Source: an uncultured Eubacteriales bacterium (lineage in GTDB: Bacteria > Acidobacteriota > Aminicenantia > Aminicenantales > Saccharicenantaceae). From it: 64,000 nucleotides of DNA. The stretch's first letter is position 1. The number at the start of each line of letters is the position of its first letter. Positions 18,625 to 28,224 of the stretch are shown here, in pieces. The position numbers and the translations under genes were made by a program. The stretch is taken from positions 43,374 to 107,373 of the forward strand of contig CAZKFD010000011.1 in NCBI GenBank assembly GCA_964551995.1, read 5' to 3'. The notes under the pieces are model-generated. The model was not told where the DNA came from. It did no database searches and worked only from the letters and a program-made list of their open reading frames with translations.

Positions 18625-19092
18625 TCACTGAACGGTGATGTTCGTTACGGCCGTCAAGCCCGGGTCGGGGGGTTCGCTCGTTATCCAAGCCCAGGCCATG
18701 TAAGGCCCCGGGGCCGCGGGCCGCCCGTCGTTGTCCTTGAGGTCCCAGGAGGCCGGCAGGATGCGGGACTCGCCAGGCGCCAGGCTCATGGACGTAAGAA
18801 CCTGGAGAAAGCCCTTGTCATGCGACCAGGCCCAGATCGTGCGCCCCAGGCTGTCGGCGACTTTGATATCGAAGGTCTGCGAGCTGGAGAAATTCGCCGT
18901 GACCTCTCTCGTGCCTGTGTTTTTGAGCGTGATCTCAAAGCTCAGGCCGTCCGTCTCTTGTTCTCCTACGGCTAAGTAAAGTCGAAGTCCCTGGACATAC
19001 AGCGAGCCGCTCAGAGCCTGCCCGGATTGGGACCGGCAGCAGGCACAGGCGATAAGGAGGACAATGCTGACAGAGATCGCCGCTTTTTTAAT
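18625..19092 (-). CDS. BsuPI-type intracellular proteinase inhibitor domain lipoprotein; apparent ATT initiation codon
   Basis: Absent from the ORF track. Minus-strand translation gives (I/M)KKAAISVSIVLLIAC (lipobox), then ...LSFEITLKNTGTREVTANFSSSQTFDIKVADSLGRTIWAWSHDKGFLQVLTSMSLAPGESRILPASWDL, which matches the BsuPI fold pattern. The frame opens just after a TAA stop. GGAGGA sits 5 nt before the ATT at 19092..19090. No in-frame ATG, GTG or TTG occurs before the signal peptide. Confidence 0.65.
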   Translation of the reverse strand: MKKAAISVSIVLLIACACCRSQSGQALSGSLYVQGLRLYLAVGEQETDGLSFEITLKNTGTREVTANFSSSQTFDIKVADSLGRTIWAWSHDKGFLQVLTSMSLAPGESRILPASWDLKDNDGRPAAPGPYMAWAWITSEPPDPGLTAVTNITVQ

Positions 19093-19174
19093 GCTTTCCT
19101 CCGATTTACCGATTTTTCCCCCCGGCCGGTCACTTTAAAAATAGCGCCCGAAGGGGAAGTTGTCAAGGCGCCGC

Positions 19175-19960
19175 CTATAGGAAGAAGCGGACGGCGACGA
19201 AAATGAGGAACAGGCCGTAGAGGAGCTTGACCGTGGCCGAGCGGAGCCGGATAGTGATCAGGGCCCCGATGACCGTACCTATAAAGAGGCCCAGGGCGAC
19301 CCAGGCCGCCGCGCCGAGGGCGAGCGTTCCCTGGTGGTAGTAGACGAGGACACCCGGCAGTCCGAACGGGGGGAGGATCGCCCCGAGGGATGTGGCAATA
19401 GCCCGCTTGGCCGGATAGCCGAGGACGAGCGCGAGCAGGGGGACGATGATGTTGCCGCCGCCGATGCCGAACATCCCGGCCATCACCCCGGCCAGAACAC
19501 CGACGGCCACGAGCGCCAGGGTATGAGGATGGGGAGAAGCTTCGGGTTCGGGCCTGGGCGGGACGTCCAGGCCCATGAGATGCCTGAGGAGGCGGACGGG
19601 TTCGATGAAGTTCCAGCTGACATACAGGCAAAAGACGGCGAAAAGCCTCCTTATGATCCCTACCGGCAGCGAGTTGGCGAGCCAGGCGCCGAGGGCCACC
19701 GAAGCCAGGATCCCGGCGGCGATGAGGAGGGAGGCCCGGACGTCGATGATTTTCGCCCGGTAATAGGCGATCACGCCAAGGATGCCGACGGGAAGCATGA
19801 TGGCGGCCAGGGATGTTCCCGTCGCCTTCACCAGCGGAAAACCGGCGAAAAGGATGAGAGCGGGAACGATGATGATGCCGCCGCCGATCCCGAAAAGCCC
19901 GGCGAACACTCCCGCCGCGGCGCCGACGGAAATGAGCCAGGGGCCGGTCATGGCAGCCAT
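19175..19960 (-). CDS. TauE/SafE (DUF81) family sulfite-exporter-like membrane protein
   Basis: MAAMTGPWLISVGAAAGVFAGLFGIGGGIIIVP... A second GMFGIGGGNIIVPLL repeat is present, typical of the duplicated 4-TM TauE fold. ATG at 19960..19958. The longer track ORF is an upstream extension. Confidence 0.85.
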   Translation of the reverse strand: MAAMTGPWLISVGAAAGVFAGLFGIGGGIIIVPALILFAGFPLVKATGTSLAAIMLPVGILGVIAYYRAKIIDVRASLLIAAGILASVALGAWLANSLPVGIIRRLFAVFCLYVSWNFIEPVRLLRHLMGLDVPPRPEPEASPHPHTLALVAVGVLAGVMAGMFGIGGGNIIVPLLALVLGYPAKRAIATSLGAILPPFGLPGVLVYYHQGTLALGAAAWVALGLFIGTVIGALITIRLRSATVKLLYGLFLIFVAVRFFL

Positions 19961-20132
19961 TGTACTCGAAACGGGGCCGCGCCTCAATCGTTTATCAGAC
20001 GGCTCCCGCCCCGGCTTCGCTCCCGCGGGCAAAGTCCCTAAAACCCGGAGAAAAACGCTTCCGACGGCAACCCGGCCGTCCGCCGCGGGCTTTATTGTAT
20101 AATGGCTTATATCGTCGAACCGGAGGAATGGC

Positions 20133-22214
20133 ATGCCGCTCGTCAATAAGCTGGCCGGGGCGGCCGCTCTCGGCCTCGGAGTCGCCGCCGCGACCCTTCT
20201 CGCGCTCGCCGGAGGCGGACGCTCCCGGAGCTCGATGCCTCGGCTTCCCAGGGATTATCCCATCCGCCCGGTGGCCTTCACCGATGTCGGGATCACGGAC
20301 GCCTTCTGGGCGCCCCGGCTGGAGACGGACCGGACCGTTTCGGTCCCTTACGCCCTTCGGATGAACGAGGAAACGGGCCGTGTCGACAATTTCCGCAAGG
20401 CCGCCCGCCTGATAAGCGGGCCCTACACGGGCAAGCGCTACAACGACTCCGACGTCTATAAGGCGATGGAGGGCGCCGCGTACACGCTTATGCTCCATCC
20501 CGACCCGGCCCTCAAGAAGACCCTGGATGATCTCGTCGCCATCATCGCCAAGGCCCAGGAGCCGGACGGCTATCTCTACACGACGCGGACGATCGATCCC
20601 GCGCATCCCGCGCCCGGCGCCGGCTTGGAACGGTGGTCGAACCTCCGGGTCAGCCACGAGCTCTATAACGTCGGCCACATGTACGAGGCGGCCGTCGCCC
20701 ATTATCTCGCGACCGGCGAGCGCTCGTTCCTGGATATAGCCCTCAAGAACGCCGACCTCCTGGTCAGGACCTTCGGCCGCGGCCCGGGCCAGCGGCGGGG
20801 CTTCCCCGGCCACGAGGAGGTCGAAATCGGGCTGTCCAAGCTCTACCGGGTCACCGGCAACGAGGCCTATCTCACTCTGGCCAAATTCTTCCTCGACGAG
20901 CGGGGCCACTATTTCGGCGGTGAGAAGCACGGGCCGAACGACCCCTTCGCGGTCTACGATTCCGACGAATATCTGCAGAACCACAAGCCGGTGCTCGAGC
21001 AGGACGAGGCTGTGGGCCATGCCGTCCGCGCGATGTATCTCTATTCCGGCATGGCCGATGTCGCCGCTCTCGGCGGATATCCCGAATACGCCGCCGCCAT
21101 CGACCGGCTTTGGGAGAATGTCGTCGGCCGGAAGATGTACCTGACCGGCGGCGTGGGCTCGCGCGGCGAGATCGAGGGCTTCGGTCCGGACTGGGACCTG
21201 CCGAACAACGGTTACGCCGAGACCTGCGCGGCGGTGGGCAACGCCCTTTGGAACCATCGCTTGTTCCTGCTTCACGGCGAAGCGAAATACATCGACGTCA
21301 TGGAGCGGGTCATCTACAACGGCCTGCTCTCCGGCGTCTCGCTCCGCGGCGACCGGTTCTTCTATCAGAATCCGCTCGAATCGGCGGGCGGCTACGGCCG
21401 CAGTTCCTGGTTCGAGGTCGCCTGCTGCCCTGCGAACATCAACCGCTTCCTGCCGTCTCTGCCCGGGTACATCTACGCGGCGAAAGGCGATACGGTCTTC
21501 GTCAACCTCTTCGCAGGGAGCACGGCCCGGGTCGATGTCAACGGGCGGACAGTCGTGTTGACCCAAGAGACCCGCTATCCCTGGAATGGGGCTGTCAGGA
21601 TCGCGGTCAGCCCGGAAGGGGGCGGGGCCGGTTTCGAGATCGCGGTGCGCATTCCCGGCTGGGCGCGAAACGAGGCGGTTCCCGGCTCCCTCTACCGGTT
21701 CCTGGACCGGAACGATGCCAGGCCGAAGCTCCTCGTCAACGGCCAATCCGTCGGCCTGGCTCCCTCGTCCGGATACGCCCGGATCCGGCGGGACTGGAAG
21801 GCCGGCGATGTCATCGAACTTTCTCTCCCCATGCCCGTGCGGCGGGTCGTGGCGGACGAGCGCGTCAAGGCCGACTCCGGGCTGGTGGCTCTCGAGCGGG
21901 GCCCCATCGTTTTCTGCGCCGAGGCCGTGGATAACGGCGGCGACGTCTTCGACCTCGTGCTTCCCGACGCGGCCGAGCTTCAGTCCGTTTTCCGCTCCGA
22001 CCTGCTCAACGGCGTCGTCATTGTCACGGCGCAGGCCATAGGTTCGGTCAGGGGGAAAGACGGCTCGGTCCAGGACAGGACAGTGAAATTCCAGGCCGTG
22101 CCCTACTACGCGTGGGCGAACCGCGGCGCGGACCAGATGTCCGTCTGGCTGGCCCGGACCAAGGGCGCGATCAAGCCCCGCGAGGGCCGCGGAAGGATCG
22201 GTCCCATTTACTGA
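20133..22214 (+). CDS. GH127 beta-L-arabinofuranosidase paralog 2, secreted
   Basis: GGAGG RBS; MPLVNKLAGAAALGLGVAAATLLALA is a signal peptide. YPIRPVAFTDVGITDAFW and WFEVACCPANINRF Cys motif. About 45% identical by eye to the 8995..11511 protein. Confidence 0.9.
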   Translation: MPLVNKLAGAAALGLGVAAATLLALAGGGRSRSSMPRLPRDYPIRPVAFTDVGITDAFWAPRLETDRTVSVPYALRMNEETGRVDNFRKAARLISGPYTGKRYNDSDVYKAMEGAAYTLMLHPDPALKKTLDDLVAIIAKAQEPDGYLYTTRTIDPAHPAPGAGLERWSNLRVSHELYNVGHMYEAAVAHYLATGERSFLDIALKNADLLVRTFGRGPGQRRGFPGHEEVEIGLSKLYRVTGNEAYLTLAKFFLDERGHYFGGEKHGPNDPFAVYDSDEYLQNHKPVLEQDEAVGHAVRAMYLYSGMADVAALGGYPEYAAAIDRLWENVVGRKMYLTGGVGSRGEIEGFGPDWDLPNNGYAETCAAVGNALWNHRLFLLHGEAKYIDVMERVIYNGLLSGVSLRGDRFFYQNPLESAGGYGRSSWFEVACCPANINRFLPSLPGYIYAAKGDTVFVNLFAGSTARVDVNGRTVVLTQETRYPWNGAVRIAVSPEGGGAGFEIAVRIPGWARNEAVPGSLYRFLDRNDARPKLLVNGQSVGLAPSSGYARIRRDWKAGDVIELSLPMPVRRVVADERVKADSGLVALERGPIVFCAEAVDNGGDVFDLVLPDAAELQSVFRSDLLNGVVIVTAQAIGSVRGKDGSVQDRTVKFQAVPYYAWANRGADQMSVWLARTKGAIKPREGRGRIGPIY

Positions 22215-22254
22215 CGGCGGCGGCCGGCCCGCCGTCGGCCCGCCGGGTTGCTCG

Positions 22255-24221
22255 TCAATCTCTTTCCCGATGCTGGGGCGGCTTGGCCAGCTCCCAGTAG
22301 ATCGAGTACCTCTGGCCGAAGAGCTTGTAAAAAGGAATGAGAGTGACGTCGTAGGGCTTTCCGGCGTTCACGGTTTGGAAGGTCAGCGGCTTCCCGGGGA
22401 CGGGCTTGATCCATTTTTCCAGGGGGACCTCGTCATGCCTCTCGAACGAAGGCACGGGCACGGGGTTGCCCTCCGGTCCGTACTGGCCGTAAACCTTGTC
22501 CCGGGTCAGCGCCTCGCCTCCGCCCAGCTCGCCCGCCAGGACGATCGGCCCGTAAAGGATGGCCGCGATGTCCCGCCGGTCGGGAAGTCGCTCGAGGTGG
22601 AGCGACATGGGCAGTGAGACCTCGACCCGGTCTCCGTTTTTCCAGACGCGGTCGACGGTAAGATAGCTCGACGGGCTTGAGAACTGGGCGAGTCTCTGGC
22701 CGTTGGCTTTCACGAAGCCGCCCTCCGCGATCCATTCGGGGATCCGGATGCGGAGCGCCAAGCGGACAGGTTTCGCCGCTGAGAACACGAGCGTCGTCCC
22801 AGGCTCCTCGGGGAACCGAGTCTCTTGGCGGACCTTGAGGCCCTTCTCCGTCCAGTTGAGCTCGGAGGCAATGAAGAGGTTGACGAAGAGCCCGTCCGCG
22901 TCGTGAAAATAGATGCTGTCGCCGTACTTGGCGTGGTTCTCCATGCCCGTCCCCGTGCAGCACCAGAACGAATCGTACGGGCTCATGAAGGTCCTGTACA
23001 TGCCCGGCATCATGGGGACGTAATACATCATCATGCCGTCCTCCGGATTTTGGGAGGAAAGAATCCCGTTCCACAGGGCCCGCTCGTAGAAGTCGGCGTA
23101 CCTCGCGGAGGCCTCCCAGCTGAAAAGGTGCCGGGTGAGCTTCAGCATGTTGTATGTGCAGCAGGACTCGTGGCTGTCCTTGCCGAGCTCGCCGAACATC
23201 TGAAACGGGCCGGCTTCCCAATGCTCGTTGTTGCTCGTCCCGCCCGTGGCGAAGCTCCGGGCTCCCGCGACCTCGTTCCAGAAGAACTCCGCGCTCCCGC
23301 GGAGGACGGGGTCGCCGGTCATCTCGTATTCGCGCGCCGCGCCGATCACGTTGGGAATGAAGGAGTTGGCATGCTCGCCCTCGAGCTTGTCCACGGAGTG
23401 CGCGAGCGGCTCGGTGTAATGCCTCTCGTCGAAGCGGCGGGCCGTGGCCAGGTATTCGGGGTTGCCGGTGATCGAGTAGAGATTCGACAGGACCTCGTTC
23501 ATTCCGCCCTGCTCGGTGAAGTCGAGCACGCGCTCCATGTGGACCGCGTCGGACTTCGCCGTGAACGATTTGACCCAGCGGGCCATGCCCTCGACGATCT
23601 CCAGGGCCTGGCTGTTCCCGCAGTATTCGTACATGTCGGTGAGGCCGGCCATGATCTTGTGGATCGTATAGAAGGGCGCCCAGACCGTGCGGATCGAGTC
23701 GACGCGGTCGAAGAAGGTCTCCGGGAAGGCGCTCAGGTAGCCGCTCGGGCCGAGGGCCTTCTGGCACTTGGCGAGCTCAGCGACGACGGCGTCCGCCTTG
23801 GCCCTGACTTTTTCATCGCCCGTCGCCGCGTACATGAGCGCGGACGCGGACAGGAAGTGGCCGGTCGTATGGCCCCGCAGCTCGACGTCCGGCCTCTCCC
23901 AGCCCCCGTAGGCCTCAGCCGGCGCCGGCAGACCGGCCGTGACGCGGAACATATGGAGGAGGCGGTCTGATTCAAGGCTCATCATATATTTGAGGTCACG
24001 CTCCATGGCCTGCCGGAACGGGCCTCGAGCAGCCGGACATCCTTCAGGTTGAAGGGGTAGGCACGGATCCCGGCCTTGGGCGCGACCGAGATCTCCGGAA
24101 ACATCGTGTCGTTCAGGGCCGCCCGGTGCCGGGACGGCCCCGTCGCGCCGACGGCCACAACCGGCGACAGCACGGAGAGAACTGCCGCCGCGATTGTGAG
24201 CATGTGGCTTCTTTTTCTCAT
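22255..24221 (-). pseudogene. GH127 (DUF1680) paralog 3 interrupted by a single-nucleotide frameshift (pseudogene or sequencing error)
   Basis: The N-terminal exon (24221 down to 23982, MRKRSHMLTIAAAVLSVLSPVVAVGATG...YPFNLKDVRLLEA) ends at a stop. The main body (24006 down to 22255, ...PFRQAMERDLKYMMSLESDRLLHMFRV... with CCTGTG Cys motifs) continues in the +1 frame. The two frames join at the GAGGCCCG run near 24019..24025. RBS GAGGGAG lies before the ATG at 24221. Confidence 0.7.
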
Positions 24222-24486
24222 GGATTCTCCCTCGTTCAATGAAATCGGGAATAACCTAGCACCCGGGAGCGGGAGCGTCAAGCGAAGCCAGGCGAGGCCC
24301 GCAGGATTCTCCCCCGGCCCGGTGCTGCGCGGGCTTCCGCCTCTTTTGTGGATTCCGGTTTGTGCCGGATCGCGGATTCCCGCAAGGGAAAACCGGGCTC
24401 GACCTCCCGCCGGTTGCTTTTCCGGGGCCTTCGGACTAATCTTCCTTATGGCCTTTAGCGGGGCCGCCCCGCGGAAAGCAAGCACG

Positions 24487-27369
24487 ATGAAGGAGGCGCC
24501 GGTGAGCCAGCGCGGACTGGTCCGTCTGATTCTGGGGATGTTCGGCATCCTGGCCGTGTCCGTCCTTTCGGGCGCCCGCCCGCCGCAGGAGAACGCCCCG
24601 GCGCTCGTGAACGAGAACCTCAGGGCGGATTTCAACGACCACGGCCTCGTCTCCCTCACGGGCGTCAGGACGAACCGGAAAATCGTTCTCTCCGGCGATC
24701 CCTCCGCCGTGACCGTCGACGGGGCGAGGCTGGAGATCTCGAGCCTCGGCCTGGCCGAAATGGAGATCAAACCGTCCCGTCTGACCTATCGCTACGTCAA
24801 GGACCCCTATACGATCGAAGTCGTCTATGAGCTCCGGCCGGGCTGGGGGTTCCTGAGCAAGCAGATCGTGCTGTCCTCGGCCGCGGGTGCGGCCTTCCAT
24901 GTCAGCGAGGTCTCGGAGCTCGAGACCTCGCTCGATGTCCCGGTCCTCGACGAGCTCAGGATCGCCGAGGGGAAATGGGGCTCCTTCTGCCGTTTCAACG
25001 CCGGCGGGTCGGCCGCGGCTCCCCCCGTCTGGGGGGCTTTTTTTGTCCTTCAGAACCCGTTCATGGTCTGGAAGAGGGACGGCCGGAACATCTCCGCCTC
25101 CTATGCCCCGGACATGGACTGGAGTCCGGACGACGGGCCTTTCGCCGCCGACCGCCTCTGCGTCGGGATGTACGAGCTCAGCGGGGTCCGGTTTCCGGCC
25201 AAGGCCGTCCCCGAATGGAAGTACGTCCCGGACTACGACCGGCTCCTCCGCGAGGTCCCGACGATCGACCTCAACGAGGTCGATGCGCTGTCCGACTGCG
25301 TTCGCTCCTTCTTGCTCTATTTTCCCGGCCGGACGCGCGTCCATATCCCCTGGTGCGAGAACGACTACCAGATCGACGTCGGGACCCCGGAAGGCGTCGA
25401 GGAGTACAAGCGGATCATGGACCGGGCGGCGGAGCTCGGCTGCCGAGACGTCCTTTATACGCCGGCCAACAGCGGGCTTTCCCGCGTCGAGGACAACGCG
25501 GACGCCTGGGGGTGGGAGAACGTCCTTTGGTTCGGGCTTGGCCAGAAGATCCGTCTGGGCGAGTGGGATCCTGACCGGGACGATGTCCCCGACGGAATCA
25601 AGGCGATGCTGGACTACGCGGCTACCAGGGGGCTCAAGCTCATGGGCTACGCCTATCCGTCCCTGCCGTTCCTCCAGAACCCGGCGTGGACGAAATGGGC
25701 CGGGACCAAGGTTGGGGGATACACGGGTGCCGACACCGGGCTCCGCAGCTTCCAGGACTGGTGGCTCGAGAAGCTCCTGTCCTTCGCCCGCAAGACCGGC
25801 GCGGGCGGGTTTTCCTTCGATCACTGGTGGATCGCCTACGACAACGCCTCCAGCAAGTACGCGCAATGGTTCGGCTGCCGCCGCATCCTGGAAACCCTGC
25901 GTCGGGAGCTCCCGGATATCGTCATCGACGGACGGCAGCAGTATCAGAACTTCGGCCCCTGGACCTGGCTCGCGGGCTCCTATCCCCACCCGACGCTGAC
26001 CGACGAACAGCCGGAAAGCTTCACCGCCTTTCCCGATCTCCACACGGACAGGGTCTCGGCCGACCGGCAGAGGTTCGCCGCCTGGACCTACCGGGTGGAG
26101 CGCTTCGCCCCGCCGGAGATCGTGCCGGGCTTCATCACCCACCAGTCGGAGAGGTCCGACGAAAAGGGCGTGATGCGCCGCGACCGGTTCCGGCCGCGCG
26201 ACTGTGATTATCTGGGCTGGAAATACTCGGTCCTGTCCTCGGTCGGAACGGCCCCGTTCAACCACGTCGTCAACTTCATCCCGGCCCGCGACCCCGAGGA
26301 ATTCAAGGCTTTCTCGGATGAGGATAAGGCTTGGTTCCGCCGCTGGCTCGACTGGACCGACGAGAACCGGCGGTTCCTGCATGCGCTGCGGCCCATTATC
26401 GGCCCTCCCATGATTGGCCGGGCCGACGGCACCGCGGCGATCGTCGAGGACCGCGGCTTTATTTTCCTCTTCAATCCCAACCCCGGCCCGGTCGAGGCCC
26501 GTTTCCGGCTGGACGGCTCGATCGGTCTCACGAAGGGCGACCGATTCATCATCCGGGAGATCCACCCCGAGGAGGGGCGGTTCGTCGGCTCGCCCGAGGG
26601 CTTCTGGAAAGCCGGCAGCGAGGTCGCCGTCCCGATGTCCGGGGCGGACGCCCGGGTCTTCGAGATCTTCCCCGCCCCGGCCGAGCTCGGTGAAGCCGTG
26701 CTCTTCAACGTCGCCGGCTCGGCGGCGCTCAGGGACGGGCGGCTTGTACTCAGCATCACGGGCGAGACCGGGACCGTCCGTGACGGCCTGATCCTTCTGC
26801 CGGCGGGCGCGAGGGTCCGCGCCATGTCCGTAAACGGCGTGCCCTATCCGTTCAGGCAGGAAGGAGCGCTCGTCCCCTTCACGACGCGGTTTGCCGGCCG
26901 GGCCTTCGGGCGGCTCGAGCGCGCGGGAACGGCCGATCCGGCCTTCGCCGGCGGGACCTTCAAGGCGAAATTCTCGGTCCCCGGCAGGGTTTTCAGGCAG
27001 CTTGCCGAGCGGAAAAAGGAATGGCCCGTGACCTATACGGAAGACGATCTCCGGGCGCCCTGGCTCGGCCCCTGGCGGCTTCTCCTGTTTATTGCGGTCG
27101 CCGAGCCGGCCGAATCCATGGACGTCGCCGTGAGGATCGACGGCCGGCCCGTCACGGTCATGAGGGCATACAACAGCGTTTACCCGCATTCGTCCGAGCG
27201 GACCTTCCTGGGGAGCTACGTCGACCTGTCCGCTCTCCAGCCGGACCGGGCCTACGAGATCGAGGTGGCCCTGCCGCCCCTCGCGCCCGGCCGCTTCATG
27301 GGCCTGTTCTTCGAGAACGTCGAGCCGGAATTCAGCCAGGCGATCCTCGCCCCCCGTCCCCTCCGCTGA
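24487..27369 (+). CDS. large secreted hypothetical protein, putative TIM-barrel glycoside-hydrolase-like enzyme (family not identified)
   Basis: 960 aa from the ATG at 24487 (MKEAPVSQRGLVRLILGMFGILAVSVLSG is a signal peptide). The central region (WCENDYQIDVG...GFSFDHWWIAYD...) looks like a glycosidase TIM barrel. The 137-aa upstream extension in the track overlaps the GH127 pseudogene on the antisense strand. Confidence 0.7.
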   Translation: MKEAPVSQRGLVRLILGMFGILAVSVLSGARPPQENAPALVNENLRADFNDHGLVSLTGVRTNRKIVLSGDPSAVTVDGARLEISSLGLAEMEIKPSRLTYRYVKDPYTIEVVYELRPGWGFLSKQIVLSSAAGAAFHVSEVSELETSLDVPVLDELRIAEGKWGSFCRFNAGGSAAAPPVWGAFFVLQNPFMVWKRDGRNISASYAPDMDWSPDDGPFAADRLCVGMYELSGVRFPAKAVPEWKYVPDYDRLLREVPTIDLNEVDALSDCVRSFLLYFPGRTRVHIPWCENDYQIDVGTPEGVEEYKRIMDRAAELGCRDVLYTPANSGLSRVEDNADAWGWENVLWFGLGQKIRLGEWDPDRDDVPDGIKAMLDYAATRGLKLMGYAYPSLPFLQNPAWTKWAGTKVGGYTGADTGLRSFQDWWLEKLLSFARKTGAGGFSFDHWWIAYDNASSKYAQWFGCRRILETLRRELPDIVIDGRQQYQNFGPWTWLAGSYPHPTLTDEQPESFTAFPDLHTDRVSADRQRFAAWTYRVERFAPPEIVPGFITHQSERSDEKGVMRRDRFRPRDCDYLGWKYSVLSSVGTAPFNHVVNFIPARDPEEFKAFSDEDKAWFRRWLDWTDENRRFLHALRPIIGPPMIGRADGTAAIVEDRGFIFLFNPNPGPVEARFRLDGSIGLTKGDRFIIREIHPEEGRFVGSPEGFWKAGSEVAVPMSGADARVFEIFPAPAELGEAVLFNVAGSAALRDGRLVLSITGETGTVRDGLILLPAGARVRAMSVNGVPYPFRQEGALVPFTTRFAGRAFGRLERAGTADPAFAGGTFKAKFSVPGRVFRQLAERKKEWPVTYTEDDLRAPWLGPWRLLLFIAVAEPAESMDVAVRIDGRPVTVMRAYNSVYPHSSERTFLGSYVDLSALQPDRAYEIEVALPPLAPGRFMGLFFENVEPEFSQAILAPRPLR

Positions 27370-27436
27370 CGCCGCCCGGGCAGACCGTCGGTCTTTCTTC
27401 CGGCGCCGCGCCTCCCGGAGAACGTCCCGGATGCTC

Positions 27437-27465
27437 TTGACTCCGGTTGCGGTGTTGCATATTCT
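27437..27465 (+). promoter_or_regulatory. sigma70-like promoter upstream of the GntR regulator gene
   Basis: TTGACT at 27437..27442, a 17-nt spacer, then TATTCT at 27460..27465. It is 35 nt upstream of the ATG at 27500. Confidence 0.35.
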
Positions 27466-27499
27466 AATTTTTTAAGGACGCGCGAGCGGAGGGATTCCC

Positions 27500-28186
27500 A
27501 TGGACCGAAAACCCATCCTGAACCTGAAGTCGCTCAAAGAACAAGTCTACGAATATCTCCGCGAGCAGATGCGCACGGGGGCGATCCTGCCGGGGTCGGT
27601 CATCGATATGGAGGAAACCTCCACAAAGCTCGGCGTGAGCAAAACCCCCCTCCGGGACGCTCTCCTCCAGCTCGAGATGGAGGACTTCGTCACCATCCTG
27701 CCGCGGCGGAAGGTCGTGGTCAACGTTCTGACCGAGCGGGACATCCGGAATTTCTACGACATCATCGGAGCCTTGGAGAGCATCGCCCTGCGCAACGCCT
27801 TCGACTGCCTCCGGCCGTCCGACATCGACGCCATGCACTCGCTGAACGAAGCCATGGAGAAGGCCATCGACGCCAACAATTTCGATCTCTATTATGAAAA
27901 GAACCTCGCCTTCCACAACACGTTCCTTCATCTCTGCGGCAACGAGAGCCTGATCAAGATCGTCACGACGCTCAAGAAAAGGCTCTATGATTTCCCCCGT
28001 TCCAAGGGGTTCGTCAAGGAGTGGGAGCAGGCCAGCATCGGCGAGCACCAGACCCTCGTCGACCTCATCCGCCAGGGGAAGCGCGAGGCCGCGGCCGACC
28101 ACATCCGGGACGTGCACTGGTCCTTCAAGATCCAGGAACCCTACATTCACAAGTATTACGCGCACATCGCCAAGAGCCTGGCATGA
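27500..28186 (+). CDS. GntR family transcriptional regulator (FadR/FCD subfamily)
   Basis: N-terminal wHTH reads LKEQVYEYLREQMRTGAILPGSVIDMEETSTKLGVSKTPLRDAL. The C-terminal region is an all-helical FCD domain. 228 aa. Confidence 0.9.
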   Translation: MDRKPILNLKSLKEQVYEYLREQMRTGAILPGSVIDMEETSTKLGVSKTPLRDALLQLEMEDFVTILPRRKVVVNVLTERDIRNFYDIIGALESIALRNAFDCLRPSDIDAMHSLNEAMEKAIDANNFDLYYEKNLAFHNTFLHLCGNESLIKIVTTLKKRLYDFPRSKGFVKEWEQASIGEHQTLVDLIRQGKREAAADHIRDVHWSFKIQEPYIHKYYAHIAKSLA

Positions 28187-28224
28187 CGCCGGCGTCCCTT
28201 GCCCCCCGATAGCGAGGCGGAGAG

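Noticed and set aside
24076-24486. 137-aa N-terminal extension of the 960-aa GH-like protein, and the similar 5' extensions of ORFs 6092, 8977, 12291, 17977, 19175-20146, 33296, 40264 and 47477-48607.
   Set aside because: True starts were placed at internal ATGs with an RBS and a signal peptide, or where homology begins. The extensions overlap neighbouring genes on the antisense strand.
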